DNA from: a virus
Lineage: Duplodnaviria; Caudoviricetes
DNA length: 34,447 bases
Reading direction: 5' to 3' (one strand)
IMG/VR virus record: IMGVR_UViG_3300022670_000478
Location: 1 to 34,447 of that record
Shown: positions 1 through 7,143 of the stretch, piece after piece
Layout of the letters: the number at the start of each line of letters is the position of its first letter
Position numbering within the stretch: the stretch's first letter is position 1
Program-made: the position numbers and the translations under genes
Notes under the pieces: model-generated
Database searches by the model: none
What the model was told of the DNA's origin: nothing
Seen by the model: only the letters and a program-made list of their open reading frames with translations

Positions 1-141
1 GTTGCACCCGGCATGGCCCCAGCACCAGGCGTTGCACCCGGCATGGCCCCAGCACCAGGCGTTGCACCCGGCATGGCCCCAGCACCAGGCGTTGCACCCG
101 GCATGGCCCCAGCACCAGGCGTTGCACCCGGCATGGCCCCA
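1..141 (+). repeat. Perfect 30-bp coding tandem repeat GTTGCACCCGGCATGGCCCCAGCACCAGGC, at least 4.7 copies
   Basis: Identical units at 1, 31, 61 and 91, plus a 21-nt partial copy at 121-141. Confidence 0.98.
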
Positions 142-252
142 AACGCTGCCCTAGGTGTGGTGGCTGGTGCGCCACCTACAACGCCACCCTTGACGACTGC
201 ATCCCCTACTAATGTGCAGCCATATAACGGGTATATGACTCCGCAACAATAA
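1..252 (+). CDS. 3' end of a protein with a Pro/Ala/Gly repeat tail (5' end outside the window); possibly an ssDNA-binding protein
   Basis: Frame 1 is open from base 1 (VAPGMAPAPG repeats) to TAA 250-252. The SSB guess rests only on its position upstream of the DNA polymerase. Confidence 0.6.
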   Translation, partial: VAPGMAPAPGVAPGMAPAPGVAPGMAPAPGVAPGMAPAPGVAPGMAPNAALGVVAGAPPTTPPLTTASPTNVQPYNGYMTPQQ

Positions 253-261
253 CCCAATGTT

Positions 262-287
262 CCCGGCGCCGCATCAATGGCGCCGGG
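262..287 (+). terminator. GC-rich hairpin (possible terminator or mRNA stabiliser)
   Basis: CCCGGCGCC (262-270), 8-nt loop, GGCGCCGGG (279-287), just after the stop at 252; no clear U-tract. Confidence 0.45.
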
Positions 288-309
288 TTACCATCACTTG
301 AAAGGCTTA

Positions 310-2193
310 ATGGTGATTGATTATATTTACGATATTGAAACTTATCCAAATATGTTTTGCATCGGTATCAAGACTGCAGAAAGCGGTATCCGGTGGCGGT
401 TTGAAATCAGCGACCGCGTAAATCAATCAGCGGACTTACTTCAATTATTAAATCAATTTGCCCGGATCAATGGACGAATGGTGGGATTCAATAACATTGG
501 GTTTGATTACCCTGTTATTCATCTTCTTATGACCACACCCAATGTCACAGCTAAAGATTTGTACGATAAAGCCATGTCGATCATAAATTGTGATTGGAAT
601 GACAGGTTTAATCATACGGTCTGGGACAATGAAATAATCATTCCTCAACTGGATTTATTTAAAATCCACCATTTCGATAACGTGAGTCGGTCAACATCAT
701 TGAAGCAAATCGAATTTGCGTTGCGGATGGAAAACATCAAAGATCTGCCGTTCCCTGTGGGTACCATTCTTAATGACGATCAGAAAAATGTATTGCTTGA
801 TTACATGGATCATGACATTGACGCCACCCATTTATTTTATAATGAAACCGTCAAACAAATTGAATTCCGGGAAAAATTAAGCGCACAATACAATCATAAT
901 TTCATGAACCATAACGACACCAAGCTTGGCAAAGATTATTTCATTATGGAGCTTGAGAAAAAACTACCGGGATCATGCTATTATCAGGTTAATGGGCGAA
1001 AAGAAAAACGGCAAACACCCCGCCCAGAGATACATTTAAAAGATGCGGTTTTTCCTTACATCAAGTTCCGCACCCCGGAATTCCAAAGGATTTGTGACCA
1101 CTTCAAAGGTCAGACAATCACTCAAACCAAAGGTGTTTTTGATAATCTTTGTTGCACCGTCAAGGGCTTTGAATATGTGTTTGGTCTTGGGGGTATCCAT
1201 GGTTCTGTTTCGGCCCAAACTGTCAGCAGTGATGACGACCATGTTTTAATTGATCTTGACGTTGCCAGCTATTATCCGAACATCGCCATAGCGAACCGGG
1301 TTTATCCGGCCCACCTGGGGGATGCATTTTGTGATATTTACAAAGACCTGTATGAGCAGCGGAAAGCGACGGATAAAAAAGACCCAATCAACGCCATGCT
1401 GAAGCTTGCATTGAACGGGGTGTATGGTGATTCAAACAGCCGATACAGCCCGTTCTATGATCCGCTCTACACAATGACGATCACTATCAACGGTCAACTG
1501 CTTCTGTGTATGCTGGCGGAAAATATCCTGACAATCTCAGGTGTGGAAATTATTCAAATAAACACCGACGGCCTGACGGTTAAAATCCATCGGTCGCTGG
1601 TCCCCTTACTGGAATCCGTTGCAAGGGCTTGGGAGCGTTTCACCTGCTTGGAATTGGAGTCTGTTGAATACAGTCATATGTATATTCGTGACGTGAATAA
1701 TTATATTGGCGAATACTATGACGGATCCCTGAAACGAAAGGGGTGTTACGAGCATGTCCACCCCCGGGACAGGAAGCCCACGGGGTGGCATCAGAACCTG
1801 TCCGCTCTTGTCGTGGCCAAAGCTGCTGAAGCCGCCCTTGTTGATGGTGAGGATATTGAAACGTTTATTTTAGATCATGATGACCCTATGGATTTTATGC
1901 GGTTTGCCAAGGTTCCCAGAAATAGCATTCTGACCCTGGGCGGCCAACAAATTCAAAGCAAGTCCAGATATTATATTTCGACGGATGGTCAGGAATTATT
2001 AAAAATCATGCCACCATTACCTAAACAAATTGCAGTTAATCCGGACGCGCCGAACCGAACGTTCGCTATGCCTGGGTGCAAGGGTTGGTTGGTGACGGAA
2101 TGTAACGATTATTCACCACCGGAGAATATAAATTACCAATGGTATATTGAAGAAACCAAAAAAATTGTTAATCCTTTGCGTGCGGTGAAATAA
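310..2193 (+). CDS. Family B DNA polymerase with 3'-5' exonuclease
   Basis: ExoI YDIET, ExoII GFNNIGFDYP, ExoIII YMDHD, motif A DLDVASYYPN, motif B KLALNGVYG, motif C QINTDG. Start moved from 277 (inside the hairpin) to ATG 310, which follows AAAGG. Confidence 0.93.
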   Translation: MVIDYIYDIETYPNMFCIGIKTAESGIRWRFEISDRVNQSADLLQLLNQFARINGRMVGFNNIGFDYPVIHLLMTTPNVTAKDLYDKAMSIINCDWNDRFNHTVWDNEIIIPQLDLFKIHHFDNVSRSTSLKQIEFALRMENIKDLPFPVGTILNDDQKNVLLDYMDHDIDATHLFYNETVKQIEFREKLSAQYNHNFMNHNDTKLGKDYFIMELEKKLPGSCYYQVNGRKEKRQTPRPEIHLKDAVFPYIKFRTPEFQRICDHFKGQTITQTKGVFDNLCCTVKGFEYVFGLGGIHGSVSAQTVSSDDDHVLIDLDVASYYPNIAIANRVYPAHLGDAFCDIYKDLYEQRKATDKKDPINAMLKLALNGVYGDSNSRYSPFYDPLYTMTITINGQLLLCMLAENILTISGVEIIQINTDGLTVKIHRSLVPLLESVARAWERFTCLELESVEYSHMYIRDVNNYIGEYYDGSLKRKGCYEHVHPRDRKPTGWHQNLSALVVAKAAEAALVDGEDIETFILDHDDPMDFMRFAKVPRNSILTLGGQQIQSKSRYYISTDGQELLKIMPPLPKQIAVNPDAPNRTFAMPGCKGWLVTECNDYSPPENINYQWYIEETKKIVNPLRAVK

Positions 2194-3083
2194 TGGGATT
2201 AGCATATTATAACGAAATAGATCCGTTCGCGGCGGAATGGTTGAGGCAGTTAATAAAAGCGGGTCATATCGCACCCGGTGTGGTTGACGAACGTGACATA
2301 AGGGATGTTTTACCAAGTGAATTATCAAAATATACACAGTGTCATTTCTTTGCTGGAATCGGTGTCTGGTCTTATGCGTTGCGAAAGGCAGGGTGGCCGG
2401 ATGATCGACCCGTCTGGACAGGAAGTTGTCCTTGCCAACCTTTCAGCCCGGCAGGCAAGGGAGAGGGGTTTGATGACGAGCGGCATCTGTGGCCCCACTG
2501 GCTCCATATCATTACCCAGTGCAAACCTGACGTCATTTTTGGTGAACAGGTTGCAGGAAAGGACGGACTCGCTTGGCTCGACACTGTACAAGCTGACCTG
2601 GAAACCGTGGGTTACGCCGGCGGGGCGGTCCCTTTTCCTTCTGCGGGCATCGGTGCGCCGCACCAAAGAGAACGAATTTACTTCGTGGCCCACCGTGACT
2701 GCAGTAGATGGTCGTCGGGGTGTGGAAACTCTGGAAAGCAGGACGAAGCGGGGTCGGAAACCCGGCATACCCTTGAACGAAGCGGTGGTTTTGACATCGT
2801 GGCGAACAACAATGGCTTGCGACGGTCGAGGATCTGCGGGGATGGGCAAAAAGGAATTACCAAATCAAGTGCGATTAGTGCCGGCGCACCCGGTCCGGTT
2901 AACGGCTTTTGGAGAAATGCTGACTGGCTCGGATGCACAGATGGGAAATTCAGGGCAGTTGAACCCGGCACATTCCCGTTGGTTAATGGGGCTCCCGCCA
3001 GAGTGGGACGCCTGCGCAGTTATGGCAATGCAATCAATGCCGAACAAGCGAAAATCTTCATTGAAGCGTACTTAGGATGTTAA
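2193..3083 (+). CDS. C5 cytosine DNA methyltransferase, catalytic (alpha-type) polypeptide
   Basis: FFAGIG (motif I), GSCPCQPFS (IV), EQV (VI), [11 protein letters not shown] (VIII), RLRSYGNAI (X). TAATG coupling to the polymerase stop. Confidence 0.92.
   Translation: MGLAYYNEIDPFAAEWLRQLIKAGHIAPGVVDERDIRDVLPSELSKYTQCHFFAGIGVWSYALRKAGWPDDRPVWTGSCPCQPFSPAGKGEGFDDERHLWPHWLHIITQCKPDVIFGEQVAGKDGLAWLDTVQADLETVGYAGGAVPFPSAGIGAPHQRERIYFVAHRDCSRWSSGCGNSGKQDEAGSETRHTLERSGGFDIVANNNGLRRSRICGDGQKGITKSSAISAGAPGPVNGFWRNADWLGCTDGKFRAVEPGTFPLVNGAPARVGRLRSYGNAINAEQAKIFIEAYLGC
2473..3075 (+). CDS. Nested +1-frame partner (beta-type) polypeptide of the C5 methyltransferase
   Basis: Frame open 2305-3075; ATG 2473 preceded by AGGGAGAGGGG; two W(P/R)T..A.DGR repeats; motif IX-like [18 protein letters not shown]. 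Confidence 0.75.
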   Translation: MTSGICGPTGSISLPSANLTSFLVNRLQERTDSLGSTLYKLTWKPWVTPAGRSLFLLRASVRRTKENEFTSWPTVTAVDGRRGVETLESRTKRGRKPGIPLNEAVVLTSWRTTMACDGRGSAGMGKKELPNQVRLVPAHPVRLTAFGEMLTGSDAQMGNSGQLNPAHSRWLMGLPPEWDACAVMAMQSMPNKRKSSLKRT

Positions 3084-3400
3084 CACCCGCCGCCATACAA
3101 CGACTCCTGTCGCCTCGATATGATGCGGTTTCAACGGTTGCGGAAAAAATAAAGCAGCGTCGGACCCAAATGTTTATGCACAGTTATTTATATTATGGAT
3201 TGGACCAACCGACCATTGATGACGCCACGTTTGATAGGTGGGCATATGAACTAGTGGAGTTGCATAAAATCCATCATTTCATAGGGTTTTATGATAATGA
3301 TTTTTTAGATTGGGATGGCTCGACCGGTTGCCATTTGAAAACACCAGGATGGATAATAGAAAAGGTTAGGAACTGTGACAGATATCAAACGACAACTTGA
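3077..3400 (+). CDS. Stand-alone protein resembling subdomain Ia of NAD-dependent DNA ligase
   Basis: HSYLYYGLDQPTIDDATFDRWAYEL matches the LigA Ia pattern H.Y.YY..D.P.I.D..YD....EL; no KxDG adenylation domain. Confidence 0.75.
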   Translation: MLTPAAIQRLLSPRYDAVSTVAEKIKQRRTQMFMHSYLYYGLDQPTIDDATFDRWAYELVELHKIHHFIGFYDNDFLDWDGSTGCHLKTPGWIIEKVRNCDRYQTTT

Positions 3401-3689
3401 GGAGTGGGCAAAGCAGACGGACGTGTTCGGGTTCTTTGATCCTCAGGTTACCGACCTGATCACTCTTGTGGAATCCCACGTTGCGCTTTGTGAAAAACAA
3501 TGGCGGGACGGGGCCCGAAAAGAATTATGCATGTCAGAGTGTTACACTGTCCATGACCTATCGAAACGAACCCTTGAAGATTTGGTTAAACACCAACCCA
3601 TGATAAAATTTTTGGGCCCGGAAAAAATATGGGTGATCATTGAAAAACGAATGGTGTCCCTCCAAGAAATATTGATCAAACAATTATGA
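3375..3689 (+). CDS. Hypothetical protein
   Basis: 104-aa ORF, GTG start after AGGAAC, ATGA overlap with the next gene. Confidence 0.65.
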   Translation: MTDIKRQLEEWAKQTDVFGFFDPQVTDLITLVESHVALCEKQWRDGARKELCMSECYTVHDLSKRTLEDLVKHQPMIKFLGPEKIWVIIEKRMVSLQEILIKQL

Positions 3690-4819
3690 CCAGCGTAAAA
3701 CTTTTCCTTGGTGACATGCGGGGCATTCTTCCCCTCTTGCCTGAAAATTCCATTGATAGCGCCGTGATCGATGGACCCTATAATCTTGACACGATCCGCA
3801 AACGTTTTGGAAAGTCAGGTTCCGCGCCGGCACAATTCGGCACAGACGGGGCATACAGCAGGGCATCACGCGGTTTCATGGGTAAAGAGTGGGACAATGA
3901 CATAATAAACGATCCCGACACCTGGCGCCACGTCCTGCGCGTCCTCAAGCCCGGGGCAATGCTGATTTCGTTTGGTCATAGTCGCACCTTCCACAGAATG
4001 GCCACAGCGATCGAGGACGCCGGTTTTGAAATTCGTGACCAGATCATGTGGCTTTATGGGTCAGGATTTCCTAAAGCCCACACCATCCAGCCCGGATGGA
4101 AGACCGCATTGAAGCCAGCCCACGAACCAATATGTGTGGCCCGGAAACCTTTAAGCGAAAAAACCAATATCAAAAATATGGAACGGTGGAGCGTTGGTGG
4201 GTTCAACATCGATGCTTGCAGGGTTGGTAAGGACACCCACGGGTGGGAAGGTGGCGGCAAGGGATTATCAGGTTGGGGTGAGAAAAATGTCATGTCATCA
4301 GGTGAATCAAGACCCGTAACCGGACGTTTCCCGGCAAATGTTATTCATGACGGGTCAGAAGAAGTTTTAAATTATTTTCCGGATACAAAAGGCGCCGGCG
4401 CAATTAAAGGAACAGAACCCTCACCACAAACAAACGGGATATATGGCGATTACTCAGGTCGTGCCGCAAGTTCTGCACGGGAGTCGGGCAGTGCTGCCAG
4501 ATTTTTCTATTGTGCCAAAGCTCCCAAATCGGAACGGCCCTGGCACTGTGAAACCTGTGGTCATGGTGGCGCGTCGAATAAACCCACTCATTGCCCGGGG
4601 TGCGGGGGCCGTGACATGACGGGACACCCTACGGTGAAGCCTCAGGCACTCATGAGATATCTTTGCCGCCTGGTGACCCCTACCGGTGGCACGATCCTTG
4701 ATTGTTTCGCCGGATCCGGATCAACGTTACAGGCTGCACAGTCTGAGGGGTTTAAATCAATAGGGATTGAATTGGGGAAAGATTACCATTCTGACATTTT
4801 AAGGAGACTAAAGCTATGA
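3686..4819 (+). CDS. N6-adenine/N4-cytosine DNA methyltransferase (beta class)
   Basis: Catalytic DPPY-like DGPY near the N-terminus, RVLKPG, HPTVKP, C-terminal SAM motif LDCFAGSGST. Confidence 0.92.
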   Translation: MTSVKLFLGDMRGILPLLPENSIDSAVIDGPYNLDTIRKRFGKSGSAPAQFGTDGAYSRASRGFMGKEWDNDIINDPDTWRHVLRVLKPGAMLISFGHSRTFHRMATAIEDAGFEIRDQIMWLYGSGFPKAHTIQPGWKTALKPAHEPICVARKPLSEKTNIKNMERWSVGGFNIDACRVGKDTHGWEGGGKGLSGWGEKNVMSSGESRPVTGRFPANVIHDGSEEVLNYFPDTKGAGAIKGTEPSPQTNGIYGDYSGRAASSARESGSAARFFYCAKAPKSERPWHCETCGHGGASNKPTHCPGCGGRDMTGHPTVKPQALMRYLCRLVTPTGGTILDCFAGSGSTLQAAQSEGFKSIGIELGKDYHSDILRRLKL

Positions 4820-5130
4820 ATAATTTCCGAATGAGTTGGTATGATTTTGAAAATTGTCAATTCATATTCAATGGCGTTGTTTATCAGATATCTACTAGAC
4901 CGACACTATTGACTAACATTATTTTCCTATTAAATATCCATAGGGGGCGGTTTGTTGACTTGGAAGATATTATTGAATTTTTATGGTATGACCAGGATCC
5001 GGACAAATGGCCAGAAAACCAAAAAGGCGTTGTGAGAGTGTCGATATGTCGTTTGAAGAAAATTCTTCCAGATGGGGTTACTATAACAAGTGGCTCTAAT
5101 TTTGGATATAAATTAGAGGTGAAACAATGA
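4816..5130 (+). CDS. Stand-alone OmpR/PhoB-type winged-helix DNA-binding protein
   Basis: LL..HRGRFVDLEDIIEFLW...VVRVSICRLKKIL...ITSGSNFGYKL follows the Trans_reg_C pattern; no receiver domain. Confidence 0.75.
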   Translation: MNNFRMSWYDFENCQFIFNGVVYQISTRPTLLTNIIFLLNIHRGRFVDLEDIIEFLWYDQDPDKWPENQKGVVRVSICRLKKILPDGVTITSGSNFGYKLEVKQ

Positions 5131-5405
5131 GACAGACCAAAAGACAATCCTTAATTGAAGCTATGACAAACACAGGGATAGCGTTTTGTATCAGTCTGTT
5201 TATTGCCTGGGTGGTCTACCCTTTGTATTACCCAGAAACATCTTTTCGGGACACGTTCGAATTAACTTTGATTTTCACAGTGATTAGTATTTTGAGGGGT
5301 TATATTATCCGTCGATTTTTCAACAGGAAACAAATCACCCCTGTTAAATTCGCCCAATGCATTCATGGTTGCACCTGGGATAAGTGCCCGGAATGTCGTC
5401 ACTGA
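5127..5405 (+). CDS. Small two-TM membrane protein
   Basis: Two hydrophobic segments, QSLIEA..N and RGYIIRRFFN, C-terminal C..C....C..C; ATGA overlap. Confidence 0.7.
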   Translation: MRQTKRQSLIEAMTNTGIAFCISLFIAWVVYPLYYPETSFRDTFELTLIFTVISILRGYIIRRFFNRKQITPVKFAQCIHGCTWDKCPECRH

Positions 5406-5789
5406 TTACTTTTCTTTCCAGACTTTAGCCACTTTTTCCGCCGACCGCCCGACCACATAGCCGCCGATCCCGATTTTGATCAGGGCCATCAATTCAAGTT
5501 CAACCGCTTCACTGATCGTATGATCTGTCAGGCCAAGCCAACGGCACACAACAAGCCCTACAAAGGTCAGCATAGTAATAGGACGCCAGTTTCTTTGCAA
5601 CCATCCGCCCTGGGCCTCCGCTACGATGATAGAGGTCGCATTTTTGACAAGATCACGGCCTTGATCCATGATCGCCATTTCAATTTTATGGTGAAGCTCC
5701 TGGCGCAAGTTCTTATCTGTGACGGCCTTATCAAGAACGCCTCCGATAATTTCCGTGACTGGTTTGAATATTGTTGAAAAAATACCCAC
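5406..5789 (-). CDS. Holin (GTA 3TM-holin-like)
   Basis: WLQRNWRP, two TM segments, GGYVVGRSAEK; next to the endolysin. Start set to GTG 5789 after AAGGA. Confidence 0.82.
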   Translation of the reverse strand: MGIFSTIFKPVTEIIGGVLDKAVTDKNLRQELHHKIEMAIMDQGRDLVKNATSIIVAEAQGGWLQRNWRPITMLTFVGLVVCRWLGLTDHTISEAVELELMALIKIGIGGYVVGRSAEKVAKVWKEK

Positions 5790-5790
5790 G

Positions 5791-6246
5791 TTAAAATTCC
5801 TTGTAAAATTTCCCGTCAAAAATCAAGCATTGTTTTCGATTATCATCTGGCCCAACGTATGAACAGTGAACCCACCCACTTGAAGGATCATCCGGATTGT
5901 GGAATTCAAGAATCAATTGGTCAAAGGTCAGGTTTTCCTTGATCCAGTCGGCCAGGTCCCGGTTGGGTATCCCGGGCACCTCGAAATCAGCCGCCTGACC
6001 GCTTCTATGTTGTGAGGTGTCTTTCGATCCTGCCAAGGCGTTAACCTTCTTTGAACGAAAACCGCTTGATGGACTGAATGGAATCCCGAAGTGATCCCGG
6101 ACAGGCTGTAGGATCTGTTCGGCCAAAAGACGTAACCTATGTATTTCTTCCTTGGTTGGCGTGTTTCTCACACCATGACGTAATGCTAAAGCACTGTGGG
6201 TTAATTCTTCCAGGGTGAAATTTGCCGACAGCATTAATCGCCTCAT
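5791..6246 (-). CDS. Endolysin, peptidase M15-type Zn peptidase
   Basis: LSANFTLEEL, SSGFRS, SQH..GQAAD, WVH Zn-ligand pattern. Confidence 0.9.
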   Translation of the reverse strand: MRRLMLSANFTLEELTHSALALRHGVRNTPTKEEIHRLRLLAEQILQPVRDHFGIPFSPSSGFRSKKVNALAGSKDTSQHRSGQAADFEVPGIPNRDLADWIKENLTFDQLILEFHNPDDPSSGWVHCSYVGPDDNRKQCLIFDGKFYKEF

Positions 6247-6467
6247 CTATCTACCTTTTTATTAAGCCGGGCATTCACTCGGTCTAATTTATTTTCAATT
6301 CTTTTCAGTGTTTGGTTTCCATAACCCTGACCAACTTCCACAGTGGTTAATCTTTTCTCTACTGACACCCCCCAAGCAACCAAACTGAAAAACATACAAA
6401 TGGTTGTTACAATATGACCATATGAAATTTCTTTTTTTATCTGCCAGCCAGAATTATCTTTAGACAT
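6243..6467 (-). CDS. Small single-TM protein with coiled-coil tail (lysis cassette)
   Basis: TM segment HIVTTICMFFSLVAWGV followed by LKRIENKLDRVNARL; ATGA overlap with the endolysin. Confidence 0.7.
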   Translation of the reverse strand: MSKDNSGWQIKKEISYGHIVTTICMFFSLVAWGVSVEKRLTTVEVGQGYGNQTLKRIENKLDRVNARLNKKVDR

Positions 6468-6774
6468 TTAACCCTCCAAAATTAAGATATATTAACGATA
6501 CAATCAATGGTGTAATGAAATCGAAAATTTCAAACTGTGCAGGCGGATAAATGCCGGGCCCCCACTCCCGGTGCGCATACCATCCCACCGCAAAAACTGC
6601 CCCAAACCATCCAACACCTAATAGATGAAAGATTCCTATGCACCATGTTGTCAGTAAACCATGATGCAATCCCAGCGCACAAATCCATCCCTTTTGCCAC
6701 TTGATAACGAACCGTCGTTTTTTAATTGGACCCACTGTTATTTTCCTGTAAATTTTTCTGCTGGTGACCCCCAC
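6460..6774 (-). CDS. Hypothetical membrane protein
   Basis: Basic N-terminus, 2-3 hydrophobic segments; overlaps both neighbours. Confidence 0.6.
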   Translation of the reverse strand: MGVTSRKIYRKITVGPIKKRRFVIKWQKGWICALGLHHGLLTTWCIGIFHLLGVGWFGAVFAVGWYAHREWGPGIYPPAQFEIFDFITPLIVSLIYLNFGGLNV

Positions 6775-7133
6775 TGATTCACCAGTGCGTTCATTTCTTC
6801 AATTTTATATTTTTGTTGAACTGTCATGTTACAACATTCTTCTATCATTGCGGTAACTTTTTCAGCAAAATTAATATTAACCATATTTTCCAAAGTAATG
6901 GTGTGACCTTTTGAGCATATGTAATAATTCCCGTCAGCACGTTTTATGGCTTTTCCTTTGCCATCACAGGCGGATCCCGTTACATGCAAAGTTATTGCCT
7001 GCGGGTTTGTGATTAAACCACCCCTGTGGATATCCTGTCTGATCATCCTGACTTTAATCAAAACCCCATCACAATCGAAAATTCGATCTGTATGGTTGAT
7101 GCCTGGAAAATCCGCCCTGTTTCGTTCAATCAT
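6738..7133 (-). CDS. Hypothetical protein
   Basis: 131-aa ORF with AAGGA RBS directly after the tail tip gene. Confidence 0.65.
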   Translation of the reverse strand: MIERNRADFPGINHTDRIFDCDGVLIKVRMIRQDIHRGGLITNPQAITLHVTGSACDGKGKAIKRADGNYYICSKGHTITLENMVNINFAEKVTAMIEECCNMTVQQKYKIEEMNALVNQWGSPAEKFTGK

Positions 7134-7143
7134 TTGTATTTCC

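Noticed and set aside
1-141. 30-bp repeats as a CRISPR array
   Set aside because: Contiguous units with no spacers, in frame within a coding region.
2325-2849. 174-aa minus-strand ORF as a third overlapping gene
   Set aside because: It lies in the usual shadow register of the nested beta frame and has no independent signals.
3077-3400. LigA pseudogene
   Set aside because: Intact, operon-coupled ORF with its own C-terminus and no adjacent ligase remnants.
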